DNA of 64,000 bases, from NCBI RefSeq assembly GCF_009914755.1, contig NC_060929.1. One strand, given 5' to 3'. The translations under genes were made by a program, and so were the position numbers. Positions within the stretch are counted from its first letter, which is position 1. Each line of letters opens with the position of its first letter. The notes below the pieces were generated by a model that was not told the origin of the DNA, searched no databases, and saw only the letters and a list, made by a program, of their open reading frames with translations. The DNA is from the human T2T-CHM13v2.0 reference genome, Homo sapiens. Positions 43,601 through 54,415 of the stretch are shown here, piece by piece.

Positions 43601-44890
43601 GCTCCTGCCAGAGTCTTCAGCTGCACAACCCTCAAACTAGAACATCAGCTCCTCTCTGGGTCTCCAGCTGCAAGACATTCATACTAGAAAAACACCAGCT
43701 CCTTCCAGGTTCTACAGCTGCATGATCCTCAAACTAAGGAAACACCAGCTCCTGTCTGGGTCTCCAGCTGCATGAACCTCAAACTAGAACAACATCAGCT
43801 GCCCTCTGGGTCTCCAGCTGAAAGACCCTCAAACGAGAACAACATCAGCTCCTCCCCGAGTCTTCAGCTGCACGGGTCTCAAACTAGAACATCAGCTCCT
43901 CTCCAGGTCTCCAGCTGCAGGATACTCATACGAGAAAAACGCCAGCTTCTCCCAGGTTCTAAAGCTGCATGACCCTCGAACTAAAGAAACACCAGCTCCT
44001 CTCTGGGTCTATAGCTGCACAACCCTGAAGCTAGAACAACATCAACTCCTCCCAGGTTCTACAGCTGCATGACCCTCAAACTAAGGAAACACCAGCTCCC
44101 CTCTGGGTCTCCAGCTGCACGAACCTCAAACTGGAACATCAGCTCTTCTCTGGGTCTCCAGCTGCAGGACACTCATACTAGAAAAATGCTAGCTCCACTT
44201 GGTTCTACAGCTGCATGACTCTCGAACTAAAAAACACCCGCTCCTCCCCAGGTCTCCAGCTATATGAACCTCAAACTAGAACAACACCAGCTCCTCTCTG
44301 GGTCTCCAGCTAAATGACCCTCAATCTAGAACATCAGCTCCTCCCCAAGTCTTCAGCTGCACGACCCTCAATCTAGAAAATCAGCTCCTCCTCAGGTCTC
44401 CAGCTGCAAGTCCCTCAAACTAGAAAAACACCAGCTCCTTCCGGGTTCTACAGCTGCATGACCCTCAAACTAAAGAAACACCCACTCCTCCCAGAGTCTG
44501 CAGCTGCACAAACTTCAAACTAAGAAACACTAGCTCCTCCCCAGGTCTCCAGCTCCATGACCCTCCAATTAAAACAACCCCAGCTCCTCCAGGGTCTCCA
44601 GCAGAAAGATCCTCAAACTAGAACACCTCCCTCGCCTGGATCTCCAGCTCCACGACCCTCACAGAAGAACAGCAACACCGGCTCCTTCATTGGTCTTCAG
44701 CTCCACAACCTAAGACATCAGTGGCAGCACCAGCAGCACCAGCTCCTCCATGGACCTCCAGCTCAACGACTCTCATAGACTTAAAAGGCAGCGCCCGCTC
44801 CTCGCCAACGTTCCATTTCCACCACCCTCAGATTTCAACAGCGGTAGCACCAGCTCCTGCCCGGGTCTTCAGCCCCACGACCCTCTGAAC
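40612..44890 (+). repeat. ~4.3-kb satellite/minisatellite of 47-53-bp monomers (CTCCAGCTGCACGACCCTCAAACTAGAACAACATCAGCTCCTCCCTGGGT), about 85 units
   Basis: Direct inspection; the many LEQHQLLPGSPA-type ORFs are translations of the repeat. Confidence 0.95.
41668..41947 (-). repeat. Inverted block of ~5.5 satellite monomers
   Basis: ttctagtttgagg...gagctggacacccagg units in the opposite orientation. Confidence 0.93.
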
Positions 44891-45264
44891 AATCCCTTCT
44901 TATGAAATTCTCAGTCAAGAAAACAGCAGCGGAAGTAAATGAATAAATGTTTTGTTTTCAAATCAACGTTATCTTTTATGTTCATGCAACTCAGTTAACT
45001 TTCCTGCTTTCCATTAACCTTGTAATCTTATGTTCAACGTGAGATAGAAATACACCATTTGAAATGACGTTTAAAAACTTAGTAATATTTTTAATATGAT
45101 CATCACAGGGCTCTAGACATGATCTTATTTCTCTCTGCCTGTGCAGAAATCTTATGAAAATTCAAACCATGAATTTCCTTTGCTGAGATTCCCAGAATAC
45201 ACATTAATCCCAAATGTTACTCCCCTCCTTAAAATCTTTTAACATGTTCCCATCACCCCAGCAT

Positions 45265-45770
45265 AAATGCCAGCTCCCGTCCACAGCCCACAGTGCCCAG
45301 CATGGCCCTGCCCTCTGCCCTGGTCTATGGACTCCCCTCTTAAATGCCAGCTCCCATCCACAGCCCACAGTGCCCAGCATGGCCCTGCCCTCTGCCCTGG
45401 CCTATGGTCTCCTCTCTTAAATGCCAGCTCCCATCTGCAGCTTACAGTGCCCAGCACGGGCCTGCCCTCTGCCCTGGCCTATGGTTGCCAGCTCCCATCT
45501 GCAGGCTACAGTGCCCAGCATGGCCCTGCCCTCTGCCCTGGCCTATGGTCTCCACTCTGGTGCCCAGCACGGCCCTTCCCTCTGCCCTGGCTTATGGTCC
45601 CCCCTTTTAAATGCCAGCTCCCATCCACAGCCCACAGTGCCCAGCATGGTCCTGCCCTCTGCTCTGGCCTATGGTCTCCCCTCTTAAATGCCAGCGCCCA
45701 TCCATAGCGCACAGTGCCCAACACAGCCCTGCCCTCTACCCTGCCCTCTGCTCTGGCCTAAGGTCTCTCC
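45265..45770 (+). repeat. 77-bp minisatellite, ~6.5 copies
   Basis: aaatgccagctcccatccacagcccacagtgcccagcatggccctgccctctgccctggcctatggtc at 45265, 45342, 45419, two partial copies, 45609, 45686. Confidence 0.93.
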
Positions 45771-46223
45771 CCTCTGCGGTTCCCTTCCTGCTGGACAGGC
45801 CTCTGTCAGTTCCTCAAACCATACAGGCTCAGGCCTGACTCTGGGCCTTTGCCTTGCTGTGCCCTCTGCCTGGGGTGCCTTTCCCGGGCTTCGCATCCTC
45901 CTCTCAACCCGCTCAGCTCCAGCCTGCTTGCCGCCCCTCAGGTGGATGCACACAGTGTGTCCTCCCACCCCCCTGCCTCCCCGGCCTTTGCACAGGCTCT
46001 TCTCTGTGCTGGAAACACCCCCCCTCTCCCAATCGGGGTTTACTCTCTAATTACCATTCACCCTTGGAGTCTCCACTGACATATCACTCCCTGCCCACCC
46101 CCCTCACTTGGACTTAACCTTGGTTAGGTTGCAACCCCTGTCTCCTGACTCCAGGAAGCTAGATGCTATCCTAGCACTTGGAAGTTCCCTATTGCCACAT
46201 TGTGCACACCTGTAATTATGCTA

Positions 46224-46353
46224 TTAGGTTGGTGCAGAAGTCATCGTGGTTTTTGCCATTACTGTTAATGAACTACAGCACCAGCTCCTCCCCACTTTTT
46301 TTTTGCCATTACTTTTAATGGCAAAAACCACAATGACTGCTGCACCAACCTAT
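46224..46353. mobile_element. MADE1 (Hsmar1 MITE) carrying a 50-bp insertion
   Basis: ttaggttggtgca...tgcaccaacctat TIRs; TA TSDs at 46222-46223 and 46354-46355; 130 bp versus the 80-bp consensus. Confidence 0.92.
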
Positions 46354-47073
46354 TAGAGTCATTTATATTTATCTGTCCATCATCTGACTTTCCCTCTAGA
46401 AAGGAAGCTCCATGAGAATACAGGCCAAATCTACCGAAATCACTCCACCTTCCTAGCACGTTGTTTATCAATAATTATTTACCTAGTGACTGATAGAGAA
46501 ATACCTTCACTGTTGCTGGGATGAGGCACATGACATGCGCCTTTGAAAGTCAATTCCGTAGACAGTTAGAATTTGCTCTTCACTCCTGCACCCATGGCAT
46601 GGCTGGGCTTAGGCTGATCTACTCTGGGCTTGACTCTAGGTTGAGGATGGGAACCCTGTGTGCCCCACACGCCTCTCTTCCTGCAGCCAGAGCCGCCATT
46701 CCCTGGGGCATGCGCATCTCATGGGGAAAATCAAGAGCCTTAGAGGGCAGGCCTGGCGGTGCCCACACATTACAGGCTTCTGCTTGTGCCATGTCTGTGA
46801 AAATCTTGTTGGCAGAAGAAAGTCACCCAGCCACGAGCAACACCTCTGGGATGGATAAGTCTATCCACCCTCCCTTGCTGCCGACTAATGCAGCATAACC
46901 CCGGCAAGGATGTGGCTGTGGCATACTCTTATATGGGGAGTGAAATATTGAGGCCTAACGTTAAATCGCCCACAGCAAGACATGTCAGCCTCGGTGTCCC
47001 CACGCTGGAATCATTCTTCGACAGCAGGTTCGCCTGAGCTGACTTCCCTTTGCAATGGTGTCTGCAGGTTTAG

Positions 47074-47835
<762 letters not shown>

Positions 47836-47865
47836 TGCTTTATTTTTGTTTACACTACTTGGAAC

Positions 47866-48042
47866 CTTCTTTTTTTTTATTTTTTTTATTTTTTTTGAGA
47901 CGGAGTCCCACTCTGTCTCCTAGGCTGGAGTGCATGGTGCGATCTCAGCTCACTGCAACCTCTGCCTCCCTGGTTCAATTGATTCTCCTGCCTTAGCCTC
48001 CTGAGTACCTGCGACTACAGGCATGTGCCACCACACCCGGCT
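47866..48042 (-). mobile_element. Alu right arm joined directly to an MLT1 3' fragment (48043-48152)
   Basis: ...ccacacccggct|acaccttgatctcagagacttctggcccccagaaccgtgaga. Confidence 0.8.
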
Positions 48043-50039
48043 ACACCTTGATCTCAGAGACTTCTGGCCCCCAGAACCGTGAGATAATAGGTTGCTGTTG
48101 TTGAAGCCCCCAGTGTCTAGAATGCTGTTAAGTAGCCCAGGGAAGCTGGCACAGAACCCGACTGGCCCTCCTGGGCGAGCTGCTTTCTGCCAGGCTCTGG
48201 GGTTGGTGGGTGGCATTTCGTTGATCTCTTCCAGCACTTGCCCCCGTTCTGACTTGTATTTCAGGAGTGTCTTTCATCTTCCTAATGTTGATAGCCTCAC
48301 ACAGGTGGCATCATACTGACATCCACGAACCAGCACTCACGTATGCAGTACTTTCAGAAATTAGTTATATTTTTGCATGTTCATGGACATACTCATAAAT
48401 CTAACTGGACTTCTTTTTTAAGAAGTGAAACAAAGCCTGAATTCTCCATTGTCATGTAGGCCTCAGTTCCAGGAGCTGTCCTGTAAGTTTCTTGAGAAAA
48501 GGTGCTCCCAACCTGTACGTGGGACCTCTCGACAGCTGCCTCATAGCCTGGGCCCTGGACAGCTCTGAAGTCAGAGAAGTGGGGCTTCAATAGGTTGTGG
48601 TGGGGTGAAATCCTGTCCGTCACCCATGAGGACAGATTAATGCAGCATAACCCTCTTTGTAGCAGTGAAACATGGTCAGAAACTGTCGGTCACCAAGCCA
48701 TCCCTTTGGAAGTTCTTCACAGGACAATACGTCTTAGAATTTTTCACACACAGTGAAGTGCCACGAGGTGGCTTACCCATCCCATTCCTACTGACATAAA
48801 TTTATATTCAAAGTAGAAACAGAAATCATCTTCTATATAACAAAGTCCTGAAAATTGTTATAACACTTAAGCCACGTGGTTCTTCAGCATCACATGAGCT
48901 GATCCATCCCAGCTAATGATCACGTGGACAGACTAGGACATAACTGTAGAAGTGTTGGTATTTTATATGTATCAAATTTCATTTTTAAAAGATTTTTTAG
49001 GGGACAGAAACGTTATAGAACAAATTTTAAAGTTCCACAAAAGTATAAATAGTAGAAAAGGAAACTAGTGCATGTGAACTAGGACTCCATGAAAAGTACC
49101 CAGTGGTTGAAGCTGCACGACTCCGTGGACACAAGTTTGCATAAATATTTAAGTGATGTTAGTTCCTGAACATCAGGACTGAACATACAAGCAAGCCGCG
49201 GCAGGTCTGCTGCCAGAGCCCTCTGGAGCCCTCTCTGAGAAGGTCCTGCTCAGGGGGCTTCCATTACTGGTTGAGGAGGGGAGACGTGCCACTCGCCTCT
49301 CCTAGGGAGTCCCTGGCCACGTACTCTGGAAAGAACAATGGTGCAGAACATGAAGAGCAGCGACCAGGCAGCGGGTGCACCTGTGTCCCCTCCTGGGCGC
49401 CTTCTGCATCCCCTGCCCACATGGAGGCAGCCGGGTCCACAAGCGCTCAGGGGCCATGTGCAGGACACTCCAGGGAAGACCACGCAGTCTGAGCTGGGGG
49501 CCACAGAGAGAGGACCTAAAGGGAAGGGCAGACATCCCACCCCTCCCCACACCCCGCCCTCTGCCCCCTGCCCCCCAACAGTCACCTGGGTCTGTGGCAG
49601 CAGCTGTGGTGACAAAGGCAGAGGGCAGGACCCAGCCCTGCGGGGGAACCTCCTTTCCATGTGGGGCTCCAGCAGGATGGGATCACTCCCTTTGCTTCTT
49701 CCTCCCTCTGTCTTCCCAGTACTTGGCCCAGGCCTGCCACAGCCATGGGAGTGCACAGCTCAGCAGGTAACCAAATCCCTAGCTTTCTAGCCAGAGAACA
49801 AAAATGAGGGTTCCCAGGAAGAAAGGACATTTTAGGGAGATTCGGGAGAGGGAGAGTCTTGGTAAGTGGCGTGTGGCCTCCTGGGCTGCCCTGGGCTGCT
49901 CACATGTGGATTTGAGCTCACGGGCAGACCTCAGCCTAGACCCTGGCGGTGCACACACAGGGCAAATGCAAACAGCACTGAACGTTTTGAGAAAGGAACT
50001 GGCTGTGGAAACCCAGACCATAAAATGTTAGTTGAAACT

Positions 50040-51780
50040 TGCAGCCTGAATTTAATTGGGTTAATGCTCACTAAAACAAACCAATACAAAATCAACATTC
50101 TTCATTGGAGTAAAATAAGATGCAGAGTCTCCTAACATAATATTCATGGTGTCCAGAATGCAATTCAACCTTACTAGGATATGAAGAACCAGGAAAATCT
50201 CAACTCACTCAGGAACCCCAGCCAGCCCATGCCCATGCCAAGACGACTGAGGTGTTGTGATCTGCTGACAAAAACATGAAAATAGCTATGATAAAATCAC
50301 TCCACCCATAGTCACAAACCCTCTTGAATCAAATGAGAAAGGAGAAAATCTCAGGAAGGAACTAGAAGATATAAACATAAACCAAATGGACATCTTAGAA
50401 AGGAGGGGCAATAAGTTCTTTTTGAAAAAAACCTCACTGGATGGGATTATAGAAGATGGTAAAGAAATACCAGAATGGAACAAAGAGTCTGTGGATTTGA
50501 ATATAGATTAATGGAAATTATCCAATCTTAACAACAGAGAAAAACATGAGAAAGGAATGCTTTAAATGAGAATATCTTCTCGTGGAGACTCAGTGTGCAG
50601 ACTAGCTAGTAACTCTCCTGTCACTGGAGGGGCAGGTGAAGGAGATCTACGTGGAGATTGATTCATAAATTCCAACTAGCAAATATGGATTCTAGGCAGT
50701 GTGTGAAAAGTTAACTATGTACATTTTATTTCCTAGACAGTGATGCACTATGTAAAATTAAATCACTCCAAATATAATGATAGAGATAGGATGAAAATCC
50801 AAAGATGAAAAATGAAGCAAACGCCATGCAAACCCTCATCAAAGACAGTGGGATAAGCCACATTAGTATCAGGCAAAGTATGCTTTGAAGCAAACAAAAT
50901 CACCAGGGATAAAGAGAAGAAATAAATAATGACAAAAGGGTCAAGACAACATCAATCCTAAATGTGAATTCACCAAGTGCCAGAACTCTAAAATACTTGA
51001 AACAAAAATTTCAAAACTCAAGTCTTTGCTATTGTGAATAGTGCTGCAATAAACATACGTGTGCATGTGTCTTTATAGCAGCATGATTTATAATCCTTTG
51101 GGTATATACAAGGGTGGTTTCATAGCTAAAAAAGTAAAATTGACTAATGCAATACATCATATTCACAGTCTAAATAATAAAAATGACATGATAATATCAA
51201 TTGATGCCAAAAGGCAGTTGATAAAGCAATATCAATTTATGATAAAAAGTCAGCAACAAAGACTAGAGGAGAACTTCTCCAACCTGAACAGGGCATCTGC
51301 AGAAGGTCTATGGCTGGCCTCACACTCGACAGTGAGGGACCCATGCTTTCTCAGTGAGATCAGGAAGAAGATATGAATGCCCAGATTTTCTAATCCTATT
51401 GGACATCATACTTAAAATCCCAGTCAGTACAATAAGGCAAGAAAAAGAAATAAAATGCATATTGATTGGAGAGAAAACAGCAGTGTCCTTAGTTGTAGAT
51501 GACATGATTTTACACACAGAAAATCCCAAGAAACACAAAAACTAACTAAATAAATAACTCCCAGAAATAATGAATGAATTTGGCAAAGTAGAATTTATGA
51601 TCAACAAACCATATTTCTACATTCACATAGAAAGCCAATCATATTTTGACATAATAGCAATGTATAATTGGAGATTCAATTTTTTAAAAAATGCCTTTGT
51701 ATAATAGGTCCAAACAATGAAACATTTAGATATGAATCTTTCCAAACATGTACAGGATCTCCATGTACTACGAGAGGCCT
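50040..51780 (+). mobile_element. Old L1M ORF1/ORF2 fragments
   Basis: A-rich; ORF 51354 [15 protein letters not shown]...VVDDMILHTENPK is RT-region ORF2. Confidence 0.75.
51019..51109 (-). mobile_element. ~90-bp internal L1PA fragment inserted antisense into the old L1
   Basis: caagtctttgctattgtgaatagtgctgcaataaacatacgtgtgcatgtgtctttatagcagcatgatttataatcctttgggtatatac; compare 1910-2022. Confidence 0.88.
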
Positions 51781-51822
51781 ATGAAGACAATTTTTGCATA
51801 TATGTATATATGTATAAATAAA

Positions 51823-53467
51823 TGGGTGTTGTGGTGGGTGGATATTGTGGTGCGCAGGTAGGTGTGGACTCAGGTGTGGTGGTGGGCGGGTGTTGTGGTG
51901 GTGGGCGGGTGTTGTTCTGGGCAGGTGTGGACTCAGGTGTTGTGGTAGGCAGGTGTTGTGGTGGGCAGGTGTGGGCTCAGGTGTTGTGGTGGGTGGGTGT
52001 TGTGGTGGGCAGGTGTGGGCTCAGGTATTGTGGTGGGTGGGTGTTGTGGTGGGCGGGTGTTGTGGGCAGGTGTTGTGGTGGGCAGGTGTTGTAGTGGGCA
52101 GGTGTTGTGGTGGGTGGGTGTTGTTCTGGGCAGGTGTGGACTCAGGTGTGGTGGTGGGCGGGTGTTGTGGTGGGCGGGTGTTGTGGTGGGCAGGTGTGGA
52201 CTCGGGTGTGGTGGTGGGCGGGTGTTATGGTGGGCGGGTGTTGTGGTGGACGGTTGTTGTGGTGGGCAGGTGTGGTGGTGGGCAGGTGTTGTGGTGGGCA
52301 GGTGTTGTGGTGGACGGGTGTTGTGGCGGGCAGGTGTGGTGGTGGGCGGGTGTTGTGGGCAGGTGTGGGCTCAGGTGTTGTGGTGGGTGGGTGTTGTGGT
52401 GGGCAGGTGTGGGCTCAGGTATTGTGGTGGGTGGGTGTTGTGGTGGGCAGGTGTTTTGGTGGGCAGGTGTTGTGGTGGGCAGGTGTTGTAGTGGGCAGGT
52501 GTTGTGGTGGGTGGGTGTTGTTCTGGGCAGGTGTGGACTCAGGTGTGGTGGTGGGCAGGTGTTGTGGTGGGCGGGTGTTGTGGTGGGCAGGTGTGGACTC
52601 GGGTGTGGTGGTGGGTGGGTGTTATGGTGGGCAGGTGTTGTGGTGGACGGGTGTTGTGGTAGGCAGGTGTGGTGGGCAGGTGTTGTGGTGGGCAGGTGTT
52701 GTGGTGGGCAGGTGTTGTGGTGGATGGGTGTTGTGGTGGGCAGTTGTGGTGGTGGGCAGGTGTTGTGGTGGGCAGGTGTGGGCTCAGGTGTTGTGGTGGG
52801 TGGGTGTTGTGGTGGGCAGGTGTGGGCTCAGGTGTTGTGGTGGGTGGGTGTTGTGGGCAGGTGTTGTGGTGGGCAGGTGTTGTGGTGGGCAGGTGTTGTA
52901 GTGGGCAGGTGTTGTGGTGGGTGGGTGTTGTTCTGGGCAGGTGTGGACTTAGGTGTGGTGGTGGGCGGGTGTTGTGGTGGGCGGGTGTTGTGGTGGGCAG
53001 GTGTGGACTCGGGTGTGGTGGTGGGCGGGTGTTATGGTGGGCGGGTGTTGTGGTGGACGGGTGTGGTGGGCAGTTGTGGTGGGCAGGTGTGGTGGTGGGC
53101 GGGTGTTGTGGTGGGCGGGTGTTGTGGTGGGCAGGTGTGGTGGTGGGCAGGTGTTGTGGTGGGCAGGTGTGGACTCAGTGTGGTGGTGGGCGGGTGTTGT
53201 GGTGGGCAGGTGTGGACTCGGGTGTGGTGGTGGGCGGGTGTGGTGGTGGGCAGGTGTGGACTTGGGTGTTGTGGTGGGTGGGTGTTGTGGTGGGCAGGTG
53301 TGGACTCAGGTGTTGTGGTGGGTAGGTGTTGTGGTGGGTGGGTGTTGTGGTGGGCAGGTGTTGTGGTGGGCAGGTGTTGTGGTGGGCAGGTGTGGACTCA
53401 GGTGTGGTGGTGGGCGGGTGTTCTGGTGGGCAGGTGTGGACTCAGGTGTGGTGGTGGGCGGGTGTTG
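51823..53467. repeat. 1.65-kb G/T-rich VNTR (16-bp GGTGTTGTGGTGGGCA plus GGTGTGGACTCA variants)
   Basis: Direct inspection; extreme strand asymmetry. Confidence 0.97.
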
Positions 53468-53781
53468 CCACGGGTTTGTCACCTCTTCCTGACCCAGGAA
53501 AGTGCAGGTTCCCAAGAGCACTCCCAGGTGTTGGGTTCAGGTTTTCCACTATGGGACCCAGCACCAATTCTGGGCCCCAGGAAATTCTCTCTGGACCCTG
53601 TGCTCTTACCCCGTGTATAGACATTGAGCTATTGGTAGGTCTTTACAAACAATACCGGGTCCACTATTCTGAGAGGAGCTGAACTCCTGTGTGAGACACC
53701 ACATCGGAAACACCAGGGCCAAAAGCCAGGTGAGCTCCCGGCCTGCACTGTCAACCTCACTAGGTGTCAGCCTTCCTTGCC

Positions 53782-53906
53782 GGGTCCGGCAGCCTGCTGG
53801 TGAATCTGGACTCTCCCAGCCTTTCTGGGTCCAGCTGTCTATTGGTGAAACTGGACTCTCCCAGCCTTTTTGGGTCCGGCCGTCCGCTGGCGAAATTGGA
53901 CTCTCC
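53782..53906. repeat. 45-bp tandem repeat, ~2.8 copies
   Basis: gggtcc...ggtgaa(t/a)ctggactctcccagccttt at 53782, 53827, 53872. Confidence 0.88.
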
Positions 53907-54061
53907 GGGTGTTCCTGCATGTGTCACAGGCCAGTTGTGTTGTTACCTGCAAATGGTAAGATGCTTCCATTTTAGCCGTATTGTTTGATGACTTTTGGTA
54001 AAATAACAGTTGAAGAACAGAATGTAGTAACTGGCTACGTAGATCTCACCTTATTCCCGTT

Positions 54062-54415
54062 TTCCTTTTAATTTTGTTAACAGCCTCATTAAGATGCAAT
54101 TCACCTACCATACAATTCACCTATTTACAGTGCACAATTCTTTGATTTTTAGTGATTCACAGAGCTGTGCAACCACAATCAAAAGGAAACCCCACGTCCT
54201 TGAGTTATCACCGCCAAAGTATCCCGAATCCTCAGCAGCCCGTCATCTACTCTCCATCTCTAGGATTCGCTTATTCCGGACATCGATAAAAATGGAATCG
54301 ACGTGTGGCCTTTCCTGGTGGCTTGCTGCCCGGAGCGTGAGGTTCCGAGGTTCATCGTGTGGCTGTGGCCGCGCCTCCTTCCTTCCTGTGGCCAAGCAGC
54401 TTCCTATTGTGCGGG
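54062..54415 (-). mobile_element. Old L1M 3' end, CpG-rich
   Basis: aagatgcaattcacctaccatacaattcacctatttacagtgcacaattc is a typical antisense L1MB/ME 3' end. Confidence 0.7.

Larger units (their letters stand above)
45205..46490 (+). mobile_element. Degenerate L2 fragments hosting the 77-bp VNTR and MADE1
   Basis: gggcctttgccttgctgtgccctctgcctgg, ctagaaaggaagctccatgag, tcaataattatttt are L2-like. Confidence 0.7.

Noticed and set aside
40691-44778. Repetitive LEQHQLLPGSPA-type ORFs, and a CRISPR-like appearance of the array
   Set aside because: Short frames broken by 47/50-bp units; no unique spacers; eukaryotic context with no cas genes
45214-46117. Cluster of Pro/Cys-rich ORFs
   Set aside because: Derived from the 77-bp VNTR and L2
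49250-50135. Overlapping 100-170-aa ORFs in GC-rich DNA
   Set aside because: Open on both strands as expected from GC content; no recognisable domain or exon structure
51845-53620. 591-aa ORF and overlapping Gly/Val/Trp/Cys-rich ORFs
   Set aside because: Translation of an A-poor VNTR that rarely forms stop codons; open in several frames and begins at a non-ATG codon
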